This document shows, in pieces, positions 48,129 through 59,216 of a stretch of DNA of 64,000 bases (position 1 is the stretch's first letter; each line of letters opens with the position of its first letter). The stretch lies in the NCBI RefSeq assembly GCF_000026545.1, contig NC_011601.1; one strand, 5' to 3'. Below the pieces are notes generated by a model, which saw nothing but the letters and a program-made list of their open reading frames with translations, did not search any database and had not been told where the DNA came from. A program made the translations under genes and the position numbers. This stretch comes from Escherichia coli O127:H6 str. E2348/69 (GTDB taxonomy: Bacteria; Pseudomonadota; Gammaproteobacteria; Enterobacterales; Enterobacteriaceae).

Positions 48129-48242
48129 ATGTGGTATTTCGCATGGATTCTGGGAACGCTTCTTGCCTGTTCGTTTGGGGTAATCACCGCGCTGGCGCTT
48201 GAGCACGTCGAATCAGGCAAAGCCGGTCAAGAAGACATCTGA
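48129..48242 (+). CDS. cydX: Cytochrome bd-I small subunit CydX (YbgT), 37 aa
   Basis: ATG-initiated MWYFAWILGTLLACSFGVITALALEHVESGKAGQEDI; stop overlaps the ybgE ATG (TGATG); too short for the ORF track. Confidence 0.8.
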   Translation: MWYFAWILGTLLACSFGVITALALEHVESGKAGQEDI

Positions 48243-48535
48243 TGAGTAAGATTATCGCAACCTTGTATGCGGTAATGGACAAGCGCCCCCTGCGGGCGCT
48301 TTCCTTCGTGATGGCACTTCTGTTAGCAGGATGTATGTTTTGGGACCCATCACGTTTCGCCGCGAAGACCAGTGAACTGGAAATCTGGCATGGTTTATTG
48401 CTTATGTGGGCCGTCTGTGCTGGTGTGATTCACGGCGTGGGCTTTCGTCCGCAGAAGGTTCTCTGGCAAGGGATTTTTTGCCCATTGCTTGCCGATATTG
48501 TTCTCATTATCGGGCTGATTTTCTTCTTCTTTTAA
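48242..48535 (+). CDS. ybgE: Small membrane protein YbgE (cyd operon)
   Basis: 97-aa hydrophobic ORF following cydX. Confidence 0.8.
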   Translation: MSKIIATLYAVMDKRPLRALSFVMALLLAGCMFWDPSRFAAKTSELEIWHGLLLMWAVCAGVIHGVGFRPQKVLWQGIFCPLLADIVLIIGLIFFFF

Positions 48536-48684
48536 ATCAGAATTCTCTTTAAAAATTTATGGGCCGAGTCAGGCCCATAAATTTTTACGCTCCCTTAACT
48601 TGCCCTCATTCCCAAACCTCAATCGCGCGCGTATAGTAGCAGCGTTTAAAAGCTCTAACTTTTGTTGCATTACCGGGATGTAAA

Positions 48685-49778
<1,094 letters not shown>

Positions 49779-49781
49779 GCC

Positions 49782-50210
49782 ATGGCCAGAGCGCGTGGAC
49801 GAGGTCGTCGCGATCTCAAGTCCGAAATCAACATTGTACCGTTGCTGGACGTACTGCTGGTGCTGTTGCTGATCTTTATGGCGACAGCGCCCATCATCAC
49901 CCAGAGCGTGGAGGTCGATCTGCCAGACGCTACTGAATCACAGGCGGTGAGCAGTAATGATAATCCGCCAGTGATTGTTGAAGTGTCTGGTATTGGTCAG
50001 TACACCGTGGTGGTTGAGAAAGATCGCCTGGAGCGTTTACCACCAGAGCAGGTGGTGGCGGAAGTGTCCAGCCGTTTCAAGGCCAACCCGAAAACGGTCT
50101 TTCTGATTGGTGGCGCAAAAGATGTGCCTTACGATGAAATAATTAAAGCACTGAACTTGTTACATAGTGCGGGTGTGAAATCGGTTGGTTTAATGACGCA
50201 GCCTATCTAA
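49782..50210 (+). CDS. tolR: Tol-Pal system protein TolR
   Basis: 142-aa ExbD/TolR-family ORF. Confidence 0.96.
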   Translation: MARARGRGRRDLKSEINIVPLLDVLLVLLLIFMATAPIITQSVEVDLPDATESQAVSSNDNPPVIVEVSGIGQYTVVVEKDRLERLPPEQVVAEVSSRFKANPKTVFLIGGAKDVPYDEIIKALNLLHSAGVKSVGLMTQPI

Positions 50211-50274
50211 ACATCTGCGTTTCCCTTGCTTGAAAGAGAGCGGGTAACAGGCGAACAGTTTTTGGAAACCGAGA

Positions 50275-51477
50275 GTGTCAAAGGCAACCGAACAAAACGA
50301 CAAGCTCAAGCGGGCGATAATTATTTCAGCAGTGCTGCATGTCATCTTATTTGCGGCGCTGATCTGGAGTTCGTTCGATGAGAATATAGAAGCTTCAGCC
50401 GGAGGCGGCGGTGGTTCGTCCATCGACGCTGTCATGGTTGATTCAGGTGCGGTAGTTGAGCAGTACAAACGCATGCAAAGCCAGGAATCAAGCGCGAAGC
50501 GTTCTGATGAGCAGCGCAAGATGAAAGAGCAGCAGGCTGCTGAAGAACTGCGTGAGAAACAAGCGGCTGAACAGGAACGCCTGAAGCAACTTGAGAAAGA
50601 GCGGTTAGCGGCTCAGGAGCAGAAAAAGCAGGCTGAAGAAGCCGCAAAACAGGCCGAGTTAAAGCAGAAGCAAGCGGAAGAGGCGGCAGCGAAAGCGGCG
50701 GCAGATGCTAAAGCGAAGGCCGAAGCGGATGCTAAAGCTGCGGAAGAAGCAGCGAAGAAAGCGGCGGCAGACGCGAAGAAAAAAGCAGAAGCAGAAGCCG
50801 CCAAAGCCGCAGTCGAAGCGCAGAAAAAAGCCGAGGCTGCTGCGGCGGCGCTGAAGAAGAAAGCTGAAGCGGCAGAAGCAGCTGCAGCTGAAGCAAGAAA
50901 GAAAGCGGCAACCGAAGCTGCTGAAAAAGCCAAGGCAGAAGCTGAGAAGAAAGCGGCTGCTGAAAAGGCTGCAGCTGAAAAGGCAGCAGCTGATAAGAAA
51001 GCAGCGGCAGAAAAAGCCGCCGCAGACAAAAAAGCGGCAGCGGCAAAAGCAGCAGCTGAAAAAGCCGCTGCAGCAAAAGCTGCCGCAGAGGCAGATGATA
51101 TTTTCGGTGAGCTAAGCTCTGGTAAGAATGCACCGAAAACGGGGGGAGGGGCGAAAGGGAACAATGCTTCGCCTGCCGGGAGTGGTAATACTAAAAACAA
51201 TGGCGCATCAGGGGCCGATATCAATAACTATGCCGGGCAGATTAAATCTGCTATCGAAAGTAAGTTCTATGACGCATCGTCCTATGCAGGCAAAACCTGT
51301 ACGCTGCGCATAAAACTGGCACCCGATGGTATGTTACTGGATATCAAACCTGAAGGTGGCGATCCCGCACTTTGTCAAGCTGCGTTGGCAGCAGCTAAAC
51401 TTGCGAAGATCCCGAAACCACCAAGCCAGGCAGTATATGAAGTGTTCAAAAACGCGCCATTGGACTTCAAACCGTAA
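50275..51477 (+). CDS. tolA: Tol-Pal system protein TolA (GTG start); 400 aa with a shorter Ala/Lys/Glu repeat domain than I recall for K-12
   Basis: GTG-initiated ORF SKATEQNDKLKRAIIISAVLHVILFAALIW…; long domain II of KAAAE/KKAAA repeats; conserved C-terminal domain. Confidence 0.93.
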   Translation: MSKATEQNDKLKRAIIISAVLHVILFAALIWSSFDENIEASAGGGGGSSIDAVMVDSGAVVEQYKRMQSQESSAKRSDEQRKMKEQQAAEELREKQAAEQERLKQLEKERLAAQEQKKQAEEAAKQAELKQKQAEEAAAKAAADAKAKAEADAKAAEEAAKKAAADAKKKAEAEAAKAAVEAQKKAEAAAAALKKKAEAAEAAAAEARKKAATEAAEKAKAEAEKKAAAEKAAAEKAAADKKAAAEKAAADKKAAAAKAAAEKAAAAKAAAEADDIFGELSSGKNAPKTGGGAKGNNASPAGSGNTKNNGASGADINNYAGQIKSAIESKFYDASSYAGKTCTLRIKLAPDGMLLDIKPEGGDPALCQAALAAAKLAKIPKPPSQAVYEVFKNAPLDFKP

Positions 51478-51609
51478 TCGCGATGTTGACTGTTCCGACG
51501 GTCAACATCAGGCACCGGTTGCCACGGGGTTCTGGTAGTTTTGTGTATTTTAGTTTGTTAACATTCTGCTAAATTATCGTGGGCCATCGGTCCAGATAAG
51601 GGAGATATG

Positions 51610-52902
51610 ATGAAGCAGGCATTACGAGTAGCATTTGGTTTTCTCATACTGTGGGCATCAGTTCTGCATGCTGAAGTCCGCATTGTGATCGACAGCGGTG
51701 TAGATTCCGGTCGTCCTATTGGTGTTGTTCCTTTCCAGTGGGCGGGGCCTGGTGCGGCACCTGAAGATATTGGCGGCATCGTTGCTGCTGACTTGCGTAA
51801 CAGCGGTAAATTTAATCCGTTAGATCGTGCTCGTCTGCCACAGCAGCCGGGTAGTGCGCAGGAAGTACAACCAGCTGCATGGTCCGCGCTGGGCATTGAC
51901 GCTGTGGTTGTCGGTCAGGTCACTCCGAATCCGGATGGTTCTTACAATGTCGCTTATCAACTGGTTGACACTGGCGGCGCACCGGGTACTGTACTTGCTC
52001 AGAACTCGTACAAAGTGAACAAGCAGTGGCTGCGTTATGCTGGTCATACCGCCAGTGACGAAGTGTTTGAAAAACTGACCGGTATTAAAGGTGCGTTCCG
52101 TACCCGTATTGCCTACGTTGTTCAGACTAACGGCGGTCAGTTCCCGTATGAACTGCGCGTATCTGACTATGACGGTTACAACCAGTTTGTCGTTCACCGT
52201 TCACCGCAACCGCTGATGTCTCCGGCGTGGTCACCAGACGGTTCTAAACTGGCTTATGTGACCTTCGAAAGCGGTCGTTCCGCGCTGGTTATTCAGACGC
52301 TGGCAAATGGCGCTGTACGTCAGGTGGCTTCATTCCCGCGTCACAACGGTGCACCTGCATTCTCGCCAGACGGCAGCAAACTGGCATTCGCCTTGTCGAA
52401 AACCGGTAGCCTGAACCTGTACGTAATGGATTTGGCTTCTGGTCAGATCCGCCAGGTAACTGATGGTCGCAGTAACAATACCGAACCGACCTGGTTCCCG
52501 GACAGCCAGAACCTGGCATTTACTTCTGACCAGGCCGGTCGTCCGCAGGTTTATAAAGTGAATATCAACGGCGGTGCGCCACAACGTATTACCTGGGAAG
52601 GTTCGCAGAACCAGGATGCGGATGTCAGCAGCGACGGTAAATTTATGGTAATGGTCAGCTCCAACGGTGGGCAGCAGCACATTGCCAAACAAGATCTGGC
52701 AACGGGAGGCGTACAAGTTCTGTCGTCCACGTTCCTGGATGAAACGCCAAGTCTGGCACCTAACGGCACTATGGTAATCTACAGCTCTTCTCAGGGGATG
52801 GGATCCGTGCTGAATTTGGTTTCTACAGATGGGCGTTTCAAAGCGCGTCTTCCGGCAACTGATGGACAGGTCAAATTCCCTGCCTGGTCGCCGTATCTGT
52901 GA
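51610..52902 (+). CDS. tolB: Tol-Pal system periplasmic protein TolB
   Basis: 430 aa from [21 protein letters not shown] (signal peptide), beta-propeller. Confidence 0.96.
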   Translation: MKQALRVAFGFLILWASVLHAEVRIVIDSGVDSGRPIGVVPFQWAGPGAAPEDIGGIVAADLRNSGKFNPLDRARLPQQPGSAQEVQPAAWSALGIDAVVVGQVTPNPDGSYNVAYQLVDTGGAPGTVLAQNSYKVNKQWLRYAGHTASDEVFEKLTGIKGAFRTRIAYVVQTNGGQFPYELRVSDYDGYNQFVVHRSPQPLMSPAWSPDGSKLAYVTFESGRSALVIQTLANGAVRQVASFPRHNGAPAFSPDGSKLAFALSKTGSLNLYVMDLASGQIRQVTDGRSNNTEPTWFPDSQNLAFTSDQAGRPQVYKVNINGGAPQRITWEGSQNQDADVSSDGKFMVMVSSNGGQQHIAKQDLATGGVQVLSSTFLDETPSLAPNGTMVIYSSSQGMGSVLNLVSTDGRFKARLPATDGQVKFPAWSPYL

Positions 52903-52912
52903 TAATAATTAA

Positions 52913-53458
<546 letters not shown>

Positions 53459-53467
53459 GAGAATTGC

Positions 53468-54259
53468 ATGAGCAGTAACTTCAGACATCAACTATTGAGT
53501 CTGTCGTTACTGGTTGGTATAGCGGCCCCCTGGGCCGCTTTTGCTCAGGCACCAATCAGTAGTGTCGGCTCAGGCTCGGTCGAAGACCGCGTCACTCAAC
53601 TTGAGCGTATTTCTAATGCTCACAGCCAGCTTTTAACCCAACTCCAGCAACAACTCTCTGATAATCAATCCGATATTGATTCCCTGCGTGGTCAGATTCA
53701 GGAAAATCAGTATCAACTGAATCAGGTCGTGGAGCGGCAAAAGCAGATCCTGTTGCAGATCGACAGCCTCAGCAGCGGTGGTGCAGCGGCGCAATCAACC
53801 AGCGGCGATCAAAACGGTGTGGCGGCATCAACGACGCCGACAGCTGATGCTGGTACTGCGAATGCTGGCGCGCCGGTGAAAAGCGGTGATGCAAACACGG
53901 ATTACAATGCAGCTATTGCGCTGGTGCAGGATAAATCCCGCCAGGATGACGCAATGGTGGCATTTCAGAATTTCATCAAAAATTACCCTGATTCAACTTA
54001 CCTGCCAAACGCCAATTATTGGCTGGGTCAGTTAAACTACAACAAGGGTAAAAAAGATGATGCGGCGTATTATTTTGCTTCGGTAGTGAAAAACTATCCG
54101 AAGTCACCGAAGGCTGCAGATGCGATGTTTAAAGTCGGCGTCATCATGCAGGACAAAGGTGACACCGCAAAAGCGAAAGCCGTATACCAGCAGGTTATCA
54201 GTAAATACCCTGGTACTGATGGCGCTAAACAGGCGCAAAAACGTCTGAACGCTATGTAA
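53468..54259 (+). CDS. cpoB: Cell division coordinator CpoB (YbgF), TPR protein
   Basis: 263-aa ORF with signal peptide, coiled-coil and C-terminal TPR repeats. Confidence 0.93.
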   Translation: MSSNFRHQLLSLSLLVGIAAPWAAFAQAPISSVGSGSVEDRVTQLERISNAHSQLLTQLQQQLSDNQSDIDSLRGQIQENQYQLNQVVERQKQILLQIDSLSSGGAAAQSTSGDQNGVAASTTPTADAGTANAGAPVKSGDANTDYNAAIALVQDKSRQDDAMVAFQNFIKNYPDSTYLPNANYWLGQLNYNKGKKDDAAYYFASVVKNYPKSPKAADAMFKVGVIMQDKGDTAKAKAVYQQVISKYPGTDGAKQAQKRLNAM

Positions 54260-54422
54260 TGCATAACACACGACCAGAAGTCGCATTATTTCTGGTCGTG
54301 TCGTGCGAATCATAAGCAGTTGAGTGATCTACATCGAAATTTTTGTTGCGCTCAAGTCTGAAATCAGTAATATATGCCGCCGTTGCCACGGGATATCAAA
54401 CAAACCGAAGCAACGAAAAAGT

Positions 54423-54498
54423 GGGTCGTTAGCTCAGTTGGTAGAGCAGTTGACTTTTAATCAATTGGTCGCAGGTTCGAATCCTGCACGACCCACCA
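54423..54498 (+). tRNA. lysT: tRNA-Lys (anticodon UUU)
   Basis: 76-nt GGGTCGTTAGCTCAGTTGGTAGAGCAGTTGACTTTTAATCAATTGGTCGCAGGTTCGAATCCTGCACGACCCACCA with encoded CCA. Confidence 0.95.
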
Positions 54499-54533
54499 CT
54501 AACATAGTTAGTTGTAGTATCCAGCGTAGTATC

Positions 54534-54609
54534 GGGTGATTAGCTCAGCTGGGAGAGCACCTCCCTTACAAGGAGGGGGTCGGCGGTTCGATCCCGTCAT
54601 CACCCACCA
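54534..54609 (+). tRNA. valT: tRNA-Val (anticodon UAC)
   Basis: 76-nt GGGTGATTAGCTCAGCTGGGAGAGCACCTCCCTTACAAGGAGGGGGTCGGCGGTTCGATCCCGTCATCACCCACCA. Confidence 0.95.
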
Positions 54610-54611
54610 CC

Positions 54612-54687
54612 GGGTCGTTAGCTCAGTTGGTAGAGCAGTTGACTTTTAATCAATTGGTCGCAGGTTCGAATCCTGCACGACCCACCA
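54612..54687 (+). tRNA. lysW: tRNA-Lys (UUU)
   Basis: Identical 76-nt tRNA-Lys sequence. Confidence 0.95.
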
Positions 54688-54738
54688 CTAATGACGGTGG
54701 GTTCGGTGGAAGTAGTTTGTAGTATCCAGCGCAGTATC

Positions 54739-54814
54739 GGGTGATTAGCTCAGCTGGGAGAGCACCTCCCTTACAAGGAGGGGGTCGGCGGTTCGATCCC
54801 GTCATCACCCACCA
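54739..54814 (+). tRNA. valZ: tRNA-Val (UAC)
   Basis: Identical 76-nt tRNA-Val sequence. Confidence 0.95.
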
Positions 54815-54817
54815 CTC

Positions 54818-54893
54818 GGGTCGTTAGCTCAGTTGGTAGAGCAGTTGACTTTTAATCAATTGGTCGCAGGTTCGAATCCTGCACGACCCACCA
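54818..54893 (+). tRNA. lysY: tRNA-Lys (UUU)
   Basis: Identical 76-nt tRNA-Lys sequence. Confidence 0.95.
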
Positions 54894-54941
54894 ATTTTAA
54901 ACATTGGTTCCGAGTAGAAATCTTTCAGGTAACACCCGTAT

Positions 54942-55017
54942 GGGTCGTTAGCTCAGTTGGTAGAGCAGTTGACTTTTAATCAATTGGTCGCAGGTTCGAA
55001 TCCTGCACGACCCACCA
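54942..55017 (+). tRNA. lysZ: tRNA-Lys (UUU)
   Basis: Identical 76-nt tRNA-Lys sequence. Confidence 0.95.
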
Positions 55018-55050
55018 TCCTGAATGATTAAAGCAGCATAATCCCGCAAG

Positions 55051-55126
55051 GGGTCGTTAGCTCAGTTGGTAGAGCAGTTGACTTTTAATCAATTGGTCGC
55101 AGGTTCGAATCCTGCACGACCCACCA
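55051..55126 (+). tRNA. lysQ: tRNA-Lys (UUU)
   Basis: Identical 76-nt tRNA-Lys sequence; first copy of the 109-bp tandem unit. Confidence 0.95.
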
Positions 55127-55159
55127 TCCTGAATGATTAAAGCAGCATAATCCCGCAAG

Positions 55160-55235
55160 GGGTCGTTAGCTCAGTTGGTAGAGCAGTTGACTTTTAATCA
55201 ATTGGTCGCAGGTTCGAATCCTGCACGACCCACCA
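55160..55235 (+). tRNA. tRNA-Lys (UUU), extra eighth gene of the array (second copy of the 109-bp tandem unit)
   Basis: Identical 76-nt tRNA-Lys sequence preceded by the same 33-nt spacer as the previous gene. Confidence 0.93.
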
Positions 55236-55239
55236 ATGT

Positions 55240-55268
55240 AAAAAAGCGCCCTAAAGGCACTTTTTTGC
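55240..55268 (+). terminator. Intrinsic terminator of the lys/val tRNA operon
   Basis: aaaaaagcgccctaaaggcac hairpin followed by TTTTTT; a near-identical second copy lies at 55395-55423. Confidence 0.7.
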
Positions 55269-55394
55269 TATCTGCGATACTCAAAGATTCGAACCTGCAG
55301 CAGGTTTGAGTTGAGCGCAGCGAAACAACGGAGCCGCTCGCGGCGACGGCCCGAAGGGCAAGCGAAGCGAGTCATCCTGCACGACCCACCAATG

Positions 55395-55423
55395 CAAAAA
55401 AGCGCCCTAAAGGCGCTTTTTTG
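55395..55423 (+). terminator. Second copy of the tRNA-operon terminator, preceded by a tRNA-Lys 3'-end fragment (55372-55391)
   Basis: aaaaaagcgccctaaaggcgc hairpin followed by TTTTTT; preceded by tcatcctgcacgacccacca. Confidence 0.6.
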
Positions 55424-55577
55424 CTATTCAGGCATCTCTCAATTTCAATTCTTGACCCTGATGACATACTCCGCGTTTGCTGCGTAAACAACTCTACGTC
55501 GGAGGAATAAGACGCAAAGTGTGGCATTCGGCATCTCATACGTAATTCGAGTGACTTTTCCCCACCATTCGACTATC

Positions 55578-55597
55578 TTGTTTAGTATACAAAACAA
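55578..55597. promoter_or_regulatory. Possible NadR operator (NAD box) in the nadA promoter
   Basis: ttgtttagtatacaaaacaa is a near-palindrome containing a TGTTTA half-site, about 70 bp upstream of nadA. Confidence 0.3.
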
Positions 55598-55668
55598 ATT
55601 ACGCCGATAATAGCGAATATCACGCTTAAGTCGGTTTTAACGTTAAGCCTGTAGAACGAGATGGTAAG

Positions 55669-56712
55669 ATGAGCGTGATGTTTGATCCAGACACGGCGAT
55701 TTATCCTTTCCCCCCGAAGCCGACGCCGTTAAGCATTGATGAAAAAGCGTATTACCGCGAGAAGATAAAACGTCTACTAAAAGAACGTAATGCGGTGATG
55801 GTTGCCCACTACTATACCGATCCCGAAATTCAACAACTGGCAGAAGAAACCGGTGGCTGTATTTCTGATTCTCTGGAAATGGCGCGCTTCGGTGCAAAGC
55901 ATCCCGCTTCTACGTTGTTAGTCGCTGGGGTGAGATTTATGGGAGAAACCGCCAAAATTCTCAGTCCGGAAAAAACAATTCTGATGCCGACACTTCAGGC
56001 TGAATGTTCACTGGATCTCGGCTGCCCTGTTGAAGAATTTAACGCATTTTGCGATGCCCATCCCGATCGTACTGTCGTCGTCTACGCCAACACTTCTGCT
56101 GCGGTAAAAGCGCGTGCAGATTGGGTGGTAACTTCAAGCATTGCCGTCGAACTTATTGATCATCTGGATAGTTTGGGTGAAAAAATCATCTGGGCACCTG
56201 ACACACATCTGGGGCGTTACGTGCAAAAACAGACGGGCGCAGACATTTTATGCTGGCAGGGTGCCTGCATTGTGCATGATGAGTTTAAGACTCAGGCGTT
56301 AACCCGCTTGCAAGAAGAATACCCGGATGCTGCCATACTGGTGCATCCAGAATCACCGCAAGCTATTGTAGAGATGGCGGATGCGGTCGGTTCCACCAGT
56401 CAACTGATAGCTGCTGCGAAAACATTGCAACATCAGCGGCTTATCGTGGCAACCGATCGGGGCATTTTCTACAAAATGCAGCAGGCGGTGCCAGATAAAG
56501 AGTTACTGGAAGCACCAACCGCGGGGGAGGGCGCAACCTGTCGCAGCTGCGCGCATTGCCCGTGGATGGCCATGAATGGCCTTCAGGCCATCGCAGAGGC
56601 ATTAGAACAGGAAGGAAGCAATCACGAGGTTTATGTTGATGAAAGGCTGCGAGAGAGGGCGCTGGTGCCGCTCAATCGTATGCTGGATTTTGCGGCTACA
56701 CTACGTGGATAA
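55669..56712 (+). CDS. nadA: Quinolinate synthase A
   Basis: 347-aa [32 protein letters not shown]…. Confidence 0.96.
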   Translation: MSVMFDPDTAIYPFPPKPTPLSIDEKAYYREKIKRLLKERNAVMVAHYYTDPEIQQLAEETGGCISDSLEMARFGAKHPASTLLVAGVRFMGETAKILSPEKTILMPTLQAECSLDLGCPVEEFNAFCDAHPDRTVVVYANTSAAVKARADWVVTSSIAVELIDHLDSLGEKIIWAPDTHLGRYVQKQTGADILCWQGACIVHDEFKTQALTRLQEEYPDAAILVHPESPQAIVEMADAVGSTSQLIAAAKTLQHQRLIVATDRGIFYKMQQAVPDKELLEAPTAGEGATCRSCAHCPWMAMNGLQAIAEALEQEGSNHEVYVDERLRERALVPLNRMLDFAATLRG

Positions 56713-56749
56713 TTGATAATAAGGCGTCACATTACGCTTTGGGGGAACG

Positions 56750-57469
56750 ATGGATTTTTTTAGTGTGCAGAATATCCTGGTACATATACCAATAGGGGCA
56801 GGCGGTTATGATCTCTCATGGATCGAAGCGGTAGGCACGATCGCCGGGTTGCTGTGTATTGGCCTTGCCAGTCTGGAGAAGATCAGTAACTACTTCTTTG
56901 GCCTGATCAACGTCACTTTGTTTGGCATTATTTTCTTTCAGATTCAGCTGTATGTCAGCCTGCTATTACAGGTGTTTTTCTTTGCCGCGAATATTTACGG
57001 CTGGTATGCGTGGTCGCGACAAACCAGTCAGAACGAGGCGGAGTTGAAAATTCGCTGGTTGCCATTGCCGAAGGCGCTAATCTGGTTGGCGGTTTGCGTT
57101 GTTTCGATTGGTCTGATGACGGTATTTATCAATCCGGTGTTTGTATTTTTGACCCGCGTGGCAGTCATGATCATGCAAGCATTAGGATTACAGGTTGCGA
57201 TGCCTGAACTACAGCCGGACGCTTTCCCGTTCTGGGATTCATGCATGATGGTGTTATCTATCGTGGCAATGATTCTGATGACACGTAAGTATGTGGAAAA
57301 CTGGCTGTTGTGGGTGATTATTAACGTGATTAGCGTCGTTATTTTTGCACTTCAGGGCGTTTACGCCATGTCTCTGGAGTACATCATTCTGACCTTTATT
57401 GCGCTCAACGGCAGCCGGATGTGGATCAAAAGCGCACGCGAAAGAGGTTCACGTGCGCTGTCCCATTAA
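56750..57469 (+). CDS. pnuC: Nicotinamide riboside transporter PnuC
   Basis: 239-aa polytopic ORF downstream of nadA. Confidence 0.93.
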   Translation: MDFFSVQNILVHIPIGAGGYDLSWIEAVGTIAGLLCIGLASLEKISNYFFGLINVTLFGIIFFQIQLYVSLLLQVFFFAANIYGWYAWSRQTSQNEAELKIRWLPLPKALIWLAVCVVSIGLMTVFINPVFVFLTRVAVMIMQALGLQVAMPELQPDAFPFWDSCMMVLSIVAMILMTRKYVENWLLWVIINVISVVIFALQGVYAMSLEYIILTFIALNGSRMWIKSARERGSRALSH

Positions 57470-58407
57470 TGATGATGATGTGAATGGCCAGACACCCCTC
57501 TATTCAGGTGGCAGTCTGGCCCATGACAAGGTTGATATTCCATCTGAATGGTGGCGTGCTCAATCTGATAGTGATCCATCAGGTAGTGTTGGATCTGATC
57601 CAACAAGGCATCGTGATCGTGTGGCGGGATCACCTGCACATGCAGCGTCATCACCGGCTTCTCGCCTACCATCCATACATGCACATGGTGCACATTGCGG
57701 ACTTCCGGGATTTCCCGGCACATGCGACGCTTCAGTTCAGCGATATCCAGCGATACCGGTGCACCTTCAAGTAATTCATTCACACTATCTTTCAACAGTC
57801 TCCACGCGCTACGCAGAACCAGAAGCGACACCAGTATTGAGAGAATGGGGTCAGCAGGTGTCCAGCCGGTCCAGATAATAATCAACGCGGCAATAATAGC
57901 CCCAACCGAACCCAGCAGGTCCCCGAGCACATGCAGTGCCGCTGCTCGCACGTTGAGGTTTTTCTCTTCGCTGCCGTGATGAAGTAACCAGAAAGAAAGT
58001 ATATTTGCCAACAGCCCAGCCACGGCAATTGCCATCATCATGCCGCCCTCGACCGGACGCGGCGTGCGGAAGCGTTCTATCGCCTCCCAGACAATCAAAA
58101 TGGTAATTACCACCAGGGCGATGGCATTCACAAACGCCGCGAGCGTGGTCAATCTTAGCCAACCGAAAGTGTGGCGAATGGTGGGAGGACGACGTGAAAA
58201 TTGCACGGCGAGTAGGGCGAAAAGCAGGGCGGCAGTATCGGTCAACATATGACCCGCATCGGCCAGCAATGCCAGAGAACCGGAAAGAAAACCACCAATG
58301 ACTTCTACGAGCATAAACCCGGCAGTCACGCCGAAAGCATACAACAAGCGACGAGCATTATTATCTTCTGGCAGGTGTGAGGAAGTGTGTGAGTGTGAGT
58401 GCGCCAT
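57466..58407 (-). CDS. zitB: Zinc efflux transporter ZitB (cation diffusion facilitator)
   Basis: 313-aa CDF-family ORF with His-rich N- and C-termini; converges on pnuC with a 4-bp overlap. Confidence 0.93.
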   Translation of the reverse strand: MAHSHSHTSSHLPEDNNARRLLYAFGVTAGFMLVEVIGGFLSGSLALLADAGHMLTDTAALLFALLAVQFSRRPPTIRHTFGWLRLTTLAAFVNAIALVVITILIVWEAIERFRTPRPVEGGMMMAIAVAGLLANILSFWLLHHGSEEKNLNVRAAALHVLGDLLGSVGAIIAALIIIWTGWTPADPILSILVSLLVLRSAWRLLKDSVNELLEGAPVSLDIAELKRRMCREIPEVRNVHHVHVWMVGEKPVMTLHVQVIPPHDHDALLDQIQHYLMDHYQIEHATIQMEYQPCHGPDCHLNRGVSGHSHHHH

Positions 58408-58520
58408 GACGAGTCATCCCTTAATTATTCTCACTTAACTTTATGACATCATACTGCTTTTAGAAGGGAAAAATTAAAAGGGAGAGACTCCGCTCTCCCA
58501 TTATTGGCTATTTCGCAGGG

Positions 58521-58901
58521 TTACTGCGTGGTACCGTCGGTTTTGGTATCGACATCATTGTTGATGCCATCACCGGTTTGGACTTTTTTATTGATATCCG
58601 GACAGCGACCATCTTTGCACATGGTGTTCTTGTGCTCTTCATCTTTGGTCATTCCGTCATTGTTCATTGAAGAACCATCCGAATGCAGCATTGTGCCACC
58701 AGAACCGGTATTTACCCCGTTATTGTCGACGTTATTTGGCGCGACATTTTCACGGGCGTCAGGGGCTACCTGGCCCGCATCAGCGGCGGCGTTTGCCTGG
58801 CCGTTATTGCTTTGCGCTCCGCTATCGGCAGCCAGTGCGGCACCGCTGGCAAGGCTTAGAGTGGCAGTCAAAAATAGTGTGGCCAGTTTTGTCATTTTCA
58901 T
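58521..58901 (-). CDS. ybgS: Secreted low-complexity protein YbgS
   Basis: 126-aa ORF with signal peptide and Asn/Gly/Asp-rich mature region. Confidence 0.85.
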   Translation of the reverse strand: MKMTKLATLFLTATLSLASGAALAADSGAQSNNGQANAAADAGQVAPDARENVAPNNVDNNGVNTGSGGTMLHSDGSSMNNDGMTKDEEHKNTMCKDGRCPDINKKVQTGDGINNDVDTKTDGTTQ

Positions 58902-59128
58902 AGGATGCTCCTGTTATGGTCGTTATGTCGGATAACCTCTTCCAACAGTGCATTTGCAGGTGAATATCAGGCAATGGTTTAAGATTTCAGCCAGGCAAAG
59001 ATACCCAGCAGAGAATCTTGAAATAATTAACAAACAAAGGAGTTACAGTTAGAAATTGTAGGAGAGATCTCGTTTTTCGCGACAATCTGGCGTTTTTCTT
59101 GCTAATTCCAGGATTAATCCGTTCATAG

Positions 59129-59146
59129 TGTAAAACCCCGTTTACA
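59129..59146. promoter_or_regulatory. TyrR box in the aroG promoter
   Basis: TGTAAAACCCCGTTTACA matches the TGTAAA-N6-TTTACA TyrR consensus, about 70 bp upstream of the aroG ATG. Confidence 0.7.
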
Positions 59147-59216
59147 CATTCTGACGGAAGATATAGATTGGAAGTATTGCATTCACTAAGATAAGTATGG
59201 CAACACTGGAACAGAC

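Larger units (their letters stand above)
55018..55235 (+). repeat. Perfect 2 x 109-bp tandem repeat (33-nt spacer plus 76-nt tRNA-Lys)
   Basis: tcctgaatgattaaagcagcataatcccgcaag plus tRNA-Lys occurs twice back to back. Confidence 0.9.

Noticed and set aside
50550-51110. Highly repetitive GC-rich tract in tolA that could be mistaken for a tandem-repeat or CRISPR-like array
   Set aside because: It is the in-frame Ala/Lys/Glu-rich coding repeat of TolA domain II. No CRISPR repeat-spacer architecture exists anywhere in the window.
54400-55450. Possible prophage or genomic island integrated at the lys/val tRNA array
   Set aside because: No integrase or phage genes follow the tRNAs; nadA starts about 250 bp after the last repeat. 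Only a small att-like scar is present, reported as a finding.
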